From Candidatus Methylomirabilota bacterium (GTDB lineage Bacteria > Methylomirabilota > Methylomirabilia > Rokubacteriales > CSP1-6): 48,881 nucleotides of DNA. Of the stretch, positions 19,054 through 28,179 are shown in pieces. The notes under the pieces are model-generated. The model was not told the DNA's origin. It saw only the letters and a list, made by a program, of their open reading frames with translations, and made no database searches. Position 1 is the first letter of the stretch; each line of letters opens with the position of its first letter. The stretch spans positions 1 to 48,881 of the forward strand of contig DATEMW010000343.1 of assembly GCA_035275385.1 (NCBI GenBank). Direction: 5' to 3'. The translations under genes and the position numbers were made by a program.

Positions 19054-20688
19054 CTACGAGGCGGCTCCGGACGGACCCGCTCCGCGATGTCCCGACGCGC
19101 CCGCCGTGGCCAGCACGCGTCCGGTGTCGCCGAGCAGCTGATAGCTGAGCCCGGCGAACGCCGGCACCGCGTCGACGAGCTGGCGAAACAGGTGCTCGGC
19201 GCGGGTCGCCTGCAGCGATTCGCCGAGCAGGGTCATGACCCGGCCGATGATGTCCCACTCGGGCAGCGCCTGGCCGAGCGGCTCGATCGCGGTCCGGAAG
19301 CGCTGGACGCGTCCCTCGAAGTTGGTATAGGTCCCCTCGCGCTCGGTCCACGCCGCGGCCGGAAGCACCCAGTGCGAATGGGCGCTCGTCCAGTTCGCGT
19401 TCGAGCCGGTGAAGACCACCGTGTCCACGACCCGCAACGCCTCGAGCACGTCGCGCTCCGGCAAGGCGCCCGCCAGGAGGTCGTGGCCGAAGATCCACAA
19501 GAACTTGAGCCGCCGCTGGCCCGCGGCCTCGATGACGGTGCGCGCGTCGGCGCCGAACCCCAGAAGCTCGGCGCCGAGCGAGTTCGGATTCTTGTCGGCG
19601 CGGATCAGGAAATCGTCTTCGTCGCCCGGAACGCGCGACGGTACGTGGCCCGCGACCTGGGTGACTCCGCGCAGATCGAGCAGGCGGCGCAGCGCGAAGA
19701 GGTCTTCGTTGGCCATCTTCGGCGACGCGATGACGCCGATCTGCGCCGGCGAAAGCCGCCGGAGCGCGCCGGCCACCGCGGCGATCCCCTGCTCCCACGT
19801 CGCGTCGGTGCTCGTTCCGCCTTCCCGCTGCGCGGGAACGACCAGCCGGTCCGGCGCGTCCACGAAACCAAAGCCATAGCGCCCGGCGTCGCAGAGCCAC
19901 CACTTGTTGACCTCGGCGTTGAAGCGCGGCTTGAGCCGGGCGACGCGGCGCCCCTCGGCGTGGTGCGGGCGGCGCCGGTTCACGTGGACGTCGATGTTGC
20001 AGCCGCGGGCGCAGCCCGGGCAGACCGACTTGGCGGTGTCGAGGTACCAGACCCGCACCTGGAACCGGAAGTCGCGATCGGTCAGGGCCCCGACCGGACA
20101 GATGTCGACGACGTTGGCGGAGTACTTGTTGTCGAGCTCGTGGCCCGGGAAGAGGCCGATCTCCGAGTGGTCGCCGCGCTGGAAGATCCCGAGCTCGCCC
20201 GTGTGCGTGATCTCGTCGCAGTAGCGCACGCACCGTGAGCAGAGGATGCACCGCTCGGCGTCGAGCATCACGTGCGGCCCGAGCGGCACGGCCTTGGGCT
20301 TGTGGACCTTCTCGTCCTTCATGCGCGGGTCGTAGAGCCCGTGCTTCATGTAGTAGATCTGAAGCCAGCACTCGCCGGCCTGATCGCACACCGGACAGTC
20401 GAGCGGATGGTTGATCAGGTGGAACTCCATGATCGACTTCCGCGTCTCGCGCACCCGGTCGGTCTCGGTATTGACGACCATCCCCTCGGTCGCGACCGTG
20501 TTGCACCCGATCGTCGGGCGCGGCGTCTTCTCGATGTCGACCATGCAGAGACGGCACTGCCCCGCGATCGAGAGACCGGGGTGATAGCAGTAGTGCGGCA
20601 CCTCGACGCCCGCGGCGCGCGCGGCCTCGATGAGGTTGGTCCCCGCCGGAACCTCGACCTCCTTGCCGTTGATCGTGAGCTTAGGCAT
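19054..20688 (-). CDS. nuoG: NADH-quinone oxidoreductase subunit G, compact 544-aa form (cluster 1)
   Basis: YCYHPGLSIAGQCRLCMV...GCNT is the 2Fe-2S site. HPLDCPVCDQAGEC and CILCSRCVRYC...ICPVGAL are 4Fe-4S sites. CPGCARGC...C is an N7-like motif. Confidence 0.9.
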   Translation of the reverse strand: MPKLTINGKEVEVPAGTNLIEAARAAGVEVPHYCYHPGLSIAGQCRLCMVDIEKTPRPTIGCNTVATEGMVVNTETDRVRETRKSIMEFHLINHPLDCPVCDQAGECWLQIYYMKHGLYDPRMKDEKVHKPKAVPLGPHVMLDAERCILCSRCVRYCDEITHTGELGIFQRGDHSEIGLFPGHELDNKYSANVVDICPVGALTDRDFRFQVRVWYLDTAKSVCPGCARGCNIDVHVNRRRPHHAEGRRVARLKPRFNAEVNKWWLCDAGRYGFGFVDAPDRLVVPAQREGGTSTDATWEQGIAAVAGALRRLSPAQIGVIASPKMANEDLFALRRLLDLRGVTQVAGHVPSRVPGDEDDFLIRADKNPNSLGAELLGFGADARTVIEAAGQRRLKFLWIFGHDLLAGALPERDVLEALRVVDTVVFTGSNANWTSAHSHWVLPAAAWTEREGTYTNFEGRVQRFRTAIEPLGQALPEWDIIGRVMTLLGESLQATRAEHLFRQLVDAVPAFAGLSYQLLGDTGRVLATAGASGHRGAGPSGAAS

Positions 20689-21904
20689 GGGGGATCAGCG
20701 CCTCGAACTCGCCCCGGAACTTCTCGATGTAGGAGATGTACGGTCCGACCGCGCCGTCGTAGAAGGCGCAGATCGTCGTCCCCGCGCCCCGCTTGGCCAC
20801 GTCGAGGATCGTGTCGAGATCGTCCTTGTGGCCGTGCCCGTCGACGATCCGGTGGACCATCTTGTAGATCCAGCCGGTCGACTCGCGGCACGGCGTGCAC
20901 TGCCCGCACGACTCGTGCGCGTAGAACCGGGCGAGGACCATGAGGGCCTCGGGGATCGGCACGCTCTCGTCCATCACCATGACACCGGCCGAGCCGATCA
21001 TGGTGCCGGCGTTCTTGAGCCCGTCGACGTCCATCGTGACGTCGATCTCGTCCGCGGTCAGGATCGCGGCCGACCCGCCGCCCGGGACGACCGCCTTGAG
21101 CCGGCCGGTGCCGCTGACTCCGCCGGCCATCTCGATCAGCTGGCGCAGGGTGATCGACACCGACGCCTCGTACACCGCGGGCTTCTTCACCCGACCGGAC
21201 ACCGAGTACATCCGGGTGCCGCCCTGCGTCTTGGTGCCGAGCCCGGCGAACCACTCGGCGCCGCGGGCCACGATCGGCGGGACGCAGCAGAGCGTCTCGA
21301 CGTTGTTGACGATCGTCGGCTGGCCGAACGCGCCCTTGATGGCCGGAAACGGCGGCTTGATCTTCGGCCAGCCCTTCTTGCCCTCGAGCGACGAGAGCAG
21401 GCCGGTCTCCTCGCCGCAGATGTAGGCGCCGGCCCCCCGGTGGATGACGATGTCGAGGCCCTGGCCCAAAAGACCGGCGTCGTACGCTTCCTTCACCGCC
21501 GCGCTGAAGCGTCGCCAGGGCTGGATGTATTCACCCCGGATGTAGACGAAGCTCTTCGTGCACCGGACGGCGCGCGCCGCGATCAGCATCCCCTCGATCA
21601 GCGCGTGCGGGTCGCGCTCGAGGAGATACCGGTCCTTGAAGGTTCCAGGCTCGCCCTCGTCCGCGTTGACGACCAGATAGACCGGGCCCGTGTGGTTCTT
21701 GGGAATGAACGACCACTTCGTCCCGGTCGGGAATCCGGCGCCGCCCAGGCCGCGGAGGTTGGCCTTCTTGACCTCCTCGGTGATCGCCGCAGGCTCCATC
21801 TGGCGGGCCTTGTCCCACGCGGCATAACCACCGCCCGCCCGATAGGCGGCGAGCGTGTGTGAGTCCGGGTTCGAGAAATTCCGCATGAGGACGATCTCGG
21901 CCAT
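20681..21904 (-). CDS. nuoF: NADH-quinone oxidoreductase subunit F (cluster 1)
   Basis: LRGLGGAGFPTGTKWSF is the FMN/NADH site. ESCGQCTPCRE is the N3 cluster motif. Confidence 0.95.
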   Translation of the reverse strand: MAEIVLMRNFSNPDSHTLAAYRAGGGYAAWDKARQMEPAAITEEVKKANLRGLGGAGFPTGTKWSFIPKNHTGPVYLVVNADEGEPGTFKDRYLLERDPHALIEGMLIAARAVRCTKSFVYIRGEYIQPWRRFSAAVKEAYDAGLLGQGLDIVIHRGAGAYICGEETGLLSSLEGKKGWPKIKPPFPAIKGAFGQPTIVNNVETLCCVPPIVARGAEWFAGLGTKTQGGTRMYSVSGRVKKPAVYEASVSITLRQLIEMAGGVSGTGRLKAVVPGGGSAAILTADEIDVTMDVDGLKNAGTMIGSAGVMVMDESVPIPEALMVLARFYAHESCGQCTPCRESTGWIYKMVHRIVDGHGHKDDLDTILDVAKRGAGTTICAFYDGAVGPYISYIEKFRGEFEALIPHA

Positions 21905-22449
21905 CAGCGAAGTCCTTCGAGGAGCCGGTCGAGCTTCTCCGGCGTGAGGTTCAGCTCGTACCGGTCGTCCACCTGCGCCATCGGCGCGGCCTCACAGGCG
22001 CAGAGGCACTCGACCGTGAGGAACGTCACGCGACCGTCCTCGGTCGTCTCGCCGGGCTCGATCCCGAGCTTCTGCTTCAGGTGGGCGATGATCTTCGGCG
22101 CGCCGGCCATGTGGCAGGAGAGGGTGTGGCACACCGCGACGACGTGACGGCCGGGCCGCTCGCGGAAGTAGAGCGTGTAGAACGTGACGACCTCGTGCAC
22201 GTGGGCCGGCGACAGATCGAACAGCGAGGCGACGTATTCTTCGGCCTCGAGCGAGATGTAGCCGAAGGTCTCCTGCGCCATGTGGAGGACCGGCAGCAGC
22301 GCGCCGCGCTTGTCGGGATAGAGCGACTGCAGCCGGCGGACCTCGGCCAGCTGCGCCTCACTGAATTTTATTGTAGCGGGGTCCGTGAGGCCGGCTCGTA
22401 CCGCGGGTGTTCGACTTGAGGCGCCGGTGGCTCCGTGCGTATCGCTCAT
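21904..22449 (-). CDS. nuoE: NADH-quinone oxidoreductase subunit E (cluster 1)
   Basis: The thioredoxin-like 2Fe-2S subunit pattern is present: VCHTLSCHMAG...VECLCACEAAP. Confidence 0.92.
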   Translation of the reverse strand: MSDTHGATGASSRTPAVRAGLTDPATIKFSEAQLAEVRRLQSLYPDKRGALLPVLHMAQETFGYISLEAEEYVASLFDLSPAHVHEVVTFYTLYFRERPGRHVVAVCHTLSCHMAGAPKIIAHLKQKLGIEPGETTEDGRVTFLTVECLCACEAAPMAQVDDRYELNLTPEKLDRLLEGLR

Positions 22450-23819
22450 CGATCGAGCTCCCCGCCGATCATGTTGACCGAGCCGAACGTCGGGATCAGG
22501 TCGGCCACCATCTCACCCACGATCATCCGGTGGAGCGCCGCCAGCGGCGGCAAGCACGGCGGGCGGCACCGGACCCGGTAGGGCCGGTCGGAGCCATCCG
22601 AGACCACGTAGAACCCGAGCTCGCCGTTCGCGCCCTCGACCGGGAAGTAGGCCTCGCCCGCCGGCGGCTGGATCCCGTAGCCCTCCATGATCAACATGAA
22701 GTGGTTCATCAGGCCCTCGATCGACCCGTACGCGTTCTCCTTCGGCGGGAGCACGACCCGCTTGTCGTCGACGTTGACCCGGCGGGCGGCGTCGCGTTGC
22801 TGGCCCTGCAGATTCGGCGACAGGGTGATCGGCAGGAGCAGCAGGCCCTCGGTCTTGCCCTGCTTGCCGCGATCGACGTACGAGGCGGGGTCGATCGGCC
22901 GTCCCTCGAAGTCGACGTTGATCGGGCCGGTCGGAATCGACGCGAGCGCCTGCTCGGCGATTCGCATCGACTGCTCCATCTCGGCCATGCGCACCAGGTA
23001 GCGCGCGTAGTTGTCGCCGTCCTTCTGTGTCGGGACCTCGAACGTGAGCCGGTCGTAGACGTAGTACGGCTGCGCGCGGCGCACGTCGTACCCGACGCCG
23101 GCCGCGCGCAGCAGAGGCCCGGTGATCGCGTAGCCGATCGTCTCCTCGCGCGACAGCACGCCGACCCCGACCATGCGGTCCATGAAGATGCGGTTGCCGG
23201 TCAGGAGGCGATGGACCTCGTCGAGCACCTCGCGCGTCTGCTTGAACGCGTGGAGCGTCTTCTCGGCGAACCCGTCGGGCAGGTCGGCCTTGACGCCGCC
23301 CACGCGGCCGTACGAGATCGTCAGCCGCGCGCCGGTCACGTCCTCGACCAGCTCCCACAGGAACTCGCGCGCCTTGATCATGTACAGGAAGACGGTGAAG
23401 GCGCCGAGCTCCATGGAGGACGCGCCGATGCAGGTCAGGTGGTCGCAGATCCGCGAGATCTCGGACATGATCACGCGGATGTACTTGCACCGCTCGGTGA
23501 TGTCGATGCCGAGCAGCTTCTCGACCGCCGAGGCGTAGCCGAAGTTGTTGATCAGCGGCGACACGTAGTTGAGCCGGTCGGTGTACGGGATCGCGTTGTT
23601 CCAGCCGCCCTGCTCGCAGTCTTTCTCGAACGCGCGGTGCAGGTAGCCGATCTCGACGTCGGCGTTCACGATCGTCTCGCCGTCGAGCTCGGTGACGATG
23701 CGGATGATCCCGTGCATCGCGGGATGGGCCGGCCCGACGCCGATGTGCACATTCTGAGGGCCGCCGCCGGTGCCGCTCCCCTCCCCCAGCATGAACTCGC
23801 GCCGCGTCGTCTTCGCCAT
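22446..23819 (-). CDS. nuoD: NADH-quinone oxidoreductase subunit D with a ~46-aa internal insertion (457 aa, cluster 1)
   Basis: VGPAHPAMHGIIRIV, EIGYLHRAFEK and IPYTDRLNYVSP retain the quinone-site His and Tyr. The C-terminus is GSVNMIGGELDR. There is extra sequence between GPINVD and DDKRVVLPPKE. Confidence 0.92.
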   Translation of the reverse strand: MAKTTRREFMLGEGSGTGGGPQNVHIGVGPAHPAMHGIIRIVTELDGETIVNADVEIGYLHRAFEKDCEQGGWNNAIPYTDRLNYVSPLINNFGYASAVEKLLGIDITERCKYIRVIMSEISRICDHLTCIGASSMELGAFTVFLYMIKAREFLWELVEDVTGARLTISYGRVGGVKADLPDGFAEKTLHAFKQTREVLDEVHRLLTGNRIFMDRMVGVGVLSREETIGYAITGPLLRAAGVGYDVRRAQPYYVYDRLTFEVPTQKDGDNYARYLVRMAEMEQSMRIAEQALASIPTGPINVDFEGRPIDPASYVDRGKQGKTEGLLLLPITLSPNLQGQQRDAARRVNVDDKRVVLPPKENAYGSIEGLMNHFMLIMEGYGIQPPAGEAYFPVEGANGELGFYVVSDGSDRPYRVRCRPPCLPPLAALHRMIVGEMVADLIPTFGSVNMIGGELDR

Positions 23820-23822
23820 GGT

Positions 23823-24311
23823 CTAGCTCGCCGGCCCGATCAGAGGCTGTCGCCGGTTGATCGGATAGTCCTTGCGCAGCGGATGGCCGACGAACTCCTC
23901 GTAGAGCAGGAGCCGGCGCAGATCGGGATGGCCCTCGAAGCGCACGCCGAACATGTCCCAGACCTCGCGCTCGAGCCAGTTCGCGATGGGCCAGAGCCCG
24001 AGCGCGCTCGGGACACGGGCGTCGTCCTCGTCCACGCGCACCTTGAGACGCAGCCGATGGTTCCGGGCGATCGAGTAGAGGTGATAGACGACCTCGAAGC
24101 GGGGCCCGTCTTCGCGGCCGGGAAACTTCTGGTAGTCGACCGCGGTGAGGTCCATCAGGACATCGAACGCCAGCGCCGCCTCGTCCCGGCAGTGAGCCAG
24201 GACGCCGAGCAGCGCGTCGCGCGCGACGATCGCCGTCAGGTCGCCTCGATGGTCTTCCGTCTCGACGATGGCGTCGCCGAACCGTCGCCGGAGCTCGTCG
24301 AGAATGGGCAC
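23823..24311 (-). CDS. nuoC: NADH-quinone oxidoreductase subunit C (cluster 1)
   Basis: ANWLEREVWDMFGVRFEGHPDLRRLL is the NuoC signature. Confidence 0.92.
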   Translation of the reverse strand: MPILDELRRRFGDAIVETEDHRGDLTAIVARDALLGVLAHCRDEAALAFDVLMDLTAVDYQKFPGREDGPRFEVVYHLYSIARNHRLRLKVRVDEDDARVPSALGLWPIANWLEREVWDMFGVRFEGHPDLRRLLLYEEFVGHPLRKDYPINRRQPLIGPAS

Positions 24312-24315
24312 GCGC

Positions 24316-24774
24316 TCAGTACCTCTGCGCCTGGGCGACGATCTTGTCCTGCAGCTTCATGAGCCCGTCGATCACCGACTCGGGACGAGGCGGGCAGCCC
24401 GGGATGTAGACGTCGACCGGAATGATCGTGTCGATCCCTTGCACGGTGGCGTAGTTGTCGTAGAAGCCGCCGGTACACGTGCACACGCCGAACGCGACGA
24501 CCCACTTGGGCTCGGTCATCTGGTCGTAGATGCGCTTGAGGACGGGCGCCATCTTGTGGCTGATCGTGCCGACGACGAAGAGCACGTCGGCCTGCCGCGG
24601 CGAGAAGCGCGGGAGCCCCGCGCCGAACCGATCGATATCGTAGTGCGAGCACGCCGTGGCCATGTATTCCATGCCGCAGCACGCGGTCACGAACGGGTAC
24701 TGGAAGATGGAGTACTTCCGCGCCCAGCCGATGGCCTCGTCGAGCTTGCTCGTGAAGAAGCTGCCTACTCCCAT
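24316..24774 (-). CDS. nuoB: NADH-quinone oxidoreductase subunit B (cluster 1)
   Basis: Start at ATG 24774, a 10-nt overlap with the nuoA end. The N2 ligands are present: ACCGMEYM, GVCTCTGG, PGCPPRPE. Confidence 0.92.
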   Translation of the reverse strand: MGVGSFFTSKLDEAIGWARKYSIFQYPFVTACCGMEYMATACSHYDIDRFGAGLPRFSPRQADVLFVVGTISHKMAPVLKRIYDQMTEPKWVVAFGVCTCTGGFYDNYATVQGIDTIIPVDVYIPGCPPRPESVIDGLMKLQDKIVAQAQRY

Positions 24775-25115
24775 TCGAGGCCCCCTTTGCGCCAGATGTA
24801 CGCGAACCCGAGCATCAGGATGCCCAGGAACACGAGCATCTCGACGAAACCGAACCAGCCGAGCTGCCGGTACAACATGGCCCACGGCCAGATGAACAGG
24901 AGCTCGATGTCGATCAGGATGAAGAAGATCGCGATCGTCGAGAACTTGATCGCGAACTTGCCCTCGGCGAGCTCGATCACGTCCTTGCCGCACTCGAACG
25001 GCTCGGACTTCACCGGCGTGAGCCGGCGCGGCGCGAGCAGGCTCGGCAGCATGATGAGCGCGCCCGCGACGAGCGCCGAGATCGCAAAGACCATGAGAAT
25101 AGGAGCGTAAGTCAT
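24765..25115 (-). CDS. nuoA: NADH-quinone oxidoreductase subunit A (cluster 1)
   Basis: 116 aa with 3 TM helices. SEPFECG and FILIDIELLFIWPWA motifs are present. The ATG overlaps the lipA stop (ATGA). Confidence 0.92.
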   Translation of the reverse strand: MTYAPILMVFAISALVAGALIMLPSLLAPRRLTPVKSEPFECGKDVIELAEGKFAIKFSTIAIFFILIDIELLFIWPWAMLYRQLGWFGFVEMLVFLGILMLGFAYIWRKGGLEWE

Positions 25116-26017
25116 GTCGCCTGCTCTGCCTGGTGTTTCGCGTGATAGGAGCTGCGGACGAGCGGGCCGGACTCGACGTGGCTGAAGCCGAGCTCGCGGC
25201 CGATGGCGCCGAGCTCGGTGAACTCATCCGGGTGGTAGTACTTCTCGACCGGTAGATGCTGCGCCGACGGCCGGAGATACTGGCCGAGGGTCAGGATCGC
25301 GACGTCGACGTCGGCCGCGCGCAGGTCGCGCATGGTGGCGACGAGCTCGTCTTTCGTCTCGCCGAGCCCCAGGATGATCCCCGACTTCCGCGTCAGCGCC
25401 GGCGCCACCGCGCGCGCGTGACGGAAGAGCCCGAGCGTGCGCTCGTAGCGGCCGCCGTGGCGGGCGACCTTGTAAAGGCGCGGCACCGTCTCGGTGTTGT
25501 GGTTCAGGATGTCCGGCGCCGCCGCGATGACGGTCTCGAGCGACGTCGGGCTGCCCTGGAAGTCGGGGATGAGGACCTCGACCCGGCAGCGCGGGGCGTG
25601 ATGCCGGACGGCGCGCACTGTCGCCGCCCAGTGGGCGGCACCGCCGTCGGCCAGGTCGTCGCGGTTGACCGAGGTGATCACCACGTGCTCGAGACCGAGA
25701 TCGGCGGCCGCACGGCCGATGCGCTCGGGCTCCTCGCGGTCCTCCCAGACCGGCCTGCCGTGCGCCACCGCACAGTACCCGCAGTTCCGGGTGCACACGT
25801 CGCCCAGGATCATGAAGGTCGCCGTCGCGTCTTCCCAGCACTCACCGATGTTCGGGCAGTGGGCTTCCTCGCAGACCGTGTGGAGGTTCCACTCGCGCAG
25901 ACGGCCCTTCAGCCGGAGGTAGTTCGGCCCGCCGGGCGCCCGCACCTTGAGCCACGCCGGCTTTCGACCCAGGAGCGGATGACTGTCGGGCTGGATCACC
26001 GGAAGTGATTGCGCCAT
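25112..26017 (-). CDS. lipA: Lipoyl synthase
   Basis: RKPAWLKV, LHTVCEEAHCPNIGECW and the radical-SAM motif CTRNCGYCAV. The start is placed at ATG 26017 (MAQSLPV...). In-frame alternatives exist at 26050 and 26083. Confidence 0.93.
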   Translation of the reverse strand: MAQSLPVIQPDSHPLLGRKPAWLKVRAPGGPNYLRLKGRLREWNLHTVCEEAHCPNIGECWEDATATFMILGDVCTRNCGYCAVAHGRPVWEDREEPERIGRAAADLGLEHVVITSVNRDDLADGGAAHWAATVRAVRHHAPRCRVEVLIPDFQGSPTSLETVIAAAPDILNHNTETVPRLYKVARHGGRYERTLGLFRHARAVAPALTRKSGIILGLGETKDELVATMRDLRAADVDVAILTLGQYLRPSAQHLPVEKYYHPDEFTELGAIGRELGFSHVESGPLVRSSYHAKHQAEQAT

Positions 26018-26179
26018 GAGCAGCCGTTCAGTTCGTTCCAACCGGCTCATTATGCCACACGGCGGCGGGTCGGCGGCCACCACCCCAGGTGGAGCCGCAC
26101 CGGTTTCGAGCCGCTCGGCGTTCAGTGTTCGAGGACGCGCTCAGGATCGGAGAGCCGAGACTCACGGAGAGAAAAGGGT

Positions 26180-26264
<85 letters not shown>

Positions 26265-26287
26265 GAGTGCGAGGCGAAAGTATAGCG

Positions 26288-27148
26288 CTATCGCGCGCGA
26301 CTGACAATTCGGCCGATGCTCTGGCGCAGCCGCGGATCGAGCGCGTCACGAATGCCTTCGCCGAGCAGGTTGTACGAGAGCACCGTCACGAGGATCGCGA
26401 GGCCCGGATACGCCGAGAGCCACCAGCCGATCTCGATCGCGTCCTTGCCCTCGTTCAGGATGTTGCCCCACGTCGCGTGCGGCGGCTGGACGCCGAGCCC
26501 GAGGAACGAGAGGCCCGACTCGGTGAGGATGGCCGCCGGGATGCCGAGCGTCATCGCCACCAGCACCGGTCCGATCGCGTTGGGCAGGATGTGGCGCCAG
26601 ATGGTCCGGTAGGAGCTCGCGCCGATCGACTGCGACCACAGGACGAACTCCCGTTCCTTCAGCGAAAGAAATTCGGCGCGGACGAGCCGGGCGACGCTCA
26701 TCCAGCCGGTGAGGCCGATCACGGCCATGATGGTCCAGATCGAGGGCCGTATGAACGCGAGGACCGCCAGCAGCAGGAACAGGCGCGGGAAGACGAGCAT
26801 GAGGTCGACGAGCCGCATCACCATCGCGTCGATGGTGCCGCCGTGGTAGCCGGCCAGCGCCCCCAGGATGATGCCGATCAGGGTCGCGATGCCGACCGAC
26901 ACGAAGCCGACCGCGAGCGAGACGCGCGCCCCGTAGAGCATGCGCGAGAGGACGTCACGGCCGATCTGGTCGGTGCCGAGCGGGTGCAGCTTCGACGGAC
27001 CGTCGAGGATCTTTCGCACGTCCGGGCGATTGGGATCCCACGGCGCGATGCCGGGCGCCAGCACCGCCAGCAGCACCAGGACGACGACCACGATCCCGCC
27101 GATCAGCGCGAGCCGGTTTCGACGAAACGCCCGCCAGAATCCCCTCAC
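26288..27148 (-). CDS. ABC transporter permease, peptide/nickel (DppC/OppC-like) family
   Basis: [24 protein letters not shown], plus the EAA-loop region [23 protein letters not shown]. Confidence 0.88.
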   Translation of the reverse strand: MRGFWRAFRRNRLALIGGIVVVVLVLLAVLAPGIAPWDPNRPDVRKILDGPSKLHPLGTDQIGRDVLSRMLYGARVSLAVGFVSVGIATLIGIILGALAGYHGGTIDAMVMRLVDLMLVFPRLFLLLAVLAFIRPSIWTIMAVIGLTGWMSVARLVRAEFLSLKEREFVLWSQSIGASSYRTIWRHILPNAIGPVLVAMTLGIPAAILTESGLSFLGLGVQPPHATWGNILNEGKDAIEIGWWLSAYPGLAILVTVLSYNLLGEGIRDALDPRLRQSIGRIVSRAR

Positions 27149-27152
27149 GCGC

Positions 27153-28148
27153 TCACCGGCGGCCCCGGCGCGCGGCGACGCGGATGCGCGGATCGACCAG
27201 GCTGTACGTGAGGTCGGCGATCAGGTTCGCGACCAGGGTGAGCGTAGCGACGATGACGAGGTTGCCCATGATCACCGGATAGTCCCGCTCGAAGACCGCC
27301 TGCACCATGAGCTGTCCCATGCCCGGAATGGCGAAGATCGACTCGACGATGACGCTGCCGCCGATGAGGCCGGGCAGCGAGAGCCCGAGCACGGTCACGA
27401 TCGGCAAGAGCGCGTTGCGCAGCGCGTGCTTGCCGATCACCACGCGCTCGGGCAGCCCCTTGGCCCGCGCCGACTGGATGTAGTCCTGTCGCACCACCTC
27501 GAGCATCGACTGGCGCATGTAGCGCGAGAAGCCCGCGAGCCCACCGAAGGTCGCGACGAGGATCGGCAGGACGAGGTGCGCCAGGAAGTCCCATTGCTGC
27601 GGCCAGAACGCCAGGTATTCCCACGTCGGCGAGCGCAAACCCGAGATCGGCAGCCAGCCGAGCTGGACGCCGAACAGGATCATCAGCATGAGCGCCAGCC
27701 AGAAGTCGGGCGTGGCAAAGCCCACGAACACGAAGACCGTCGTGATCTTGTCGAAGGTAGAGTACTGGCGCGTCGCCGACAGGACGCCTATCGGGATCGC
27801 CAGGGTGACGATGATCAAGAGCTCGACGATGTTGAGTAGCAGGGTGATGGGCAGCCGCTCGCCGATCTTCTGGAGCACCGGGCGGGCATCCGGCGAAAAC
27901 GAGCGGCCGAAGTCGAGCCGTGCCAGCCGCGTGACCCAGTTCCAGTACTGCACGTGCAGCGGCTTGTCGAGCCCGTAGATCTCCCGCAGCCGCTCGCGCA
28001 GCTTGGCATCGGACTGGGTCGAGCTCTCGCCCACGGTCGTTTCGACCGGCTCGCCGGGCGCCAGGTGGATCACCAGGAACGAGATGAACGTGATGCCGAT
28101 GAGGAGCGGGATCGCGAGGATGAGCCGCCGCAGCGCGTAGCCGAACAT
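27153..28148 (-). CDS. ABC transporter permease, peptide/nickel (DppB/OppB-like) family
   Basis: MFGYALRRLILAIPLLIGITFISFLVIHLAPGEP and YIQSARAKGLPERVVIGKHALRNALLPIVT are typical DppB motifs. Confidence 0.88.
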   Translation of the reverse strand: MFGYALRRLILAIPLLIGITFISFLVIHLAPGEPVETTVGESSTQSDAKLRERLREIYGLDKPLHVQYWNWVTRLARLDFGRSFSPDARPVLQKIGERLPITLLLNIVELLIIVTLAIPIGVLSATRQYSTFDKITTVFVFVGFATPDFWLALMLMILFGVQLGWLPISGLRSPTWEYLAFWPQQWDFLAHLVLPILVATFGGLAGFSRYMRQSMLEVVRQDYIQSARAKGLPERVVIGKHALRNALLPIVTVLGLSLPGLIGGSVIVESIFAIPGMGQLMVQAVFERDYPVIMGNLVIVATLTLVANLIADLTYSLVDPRIRVAARRGRR

Positions 28149-28179
28149 GGCGCGCTATTCTATCGCGGCGGCGGCCGAT

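Noticed and set aside
22407-24362. 651-aa plus-strand ORF antisense to nuoD/nuoC.
   Set aside because: It is a shadow ORF. In GC-rich DNA the antisense frames of real genes stay open. The translation is Arg/Asp/His/Ala-rich low complexity with no recognisable motif, whereas the minus strand encodes textbook NuoD/NuoC.
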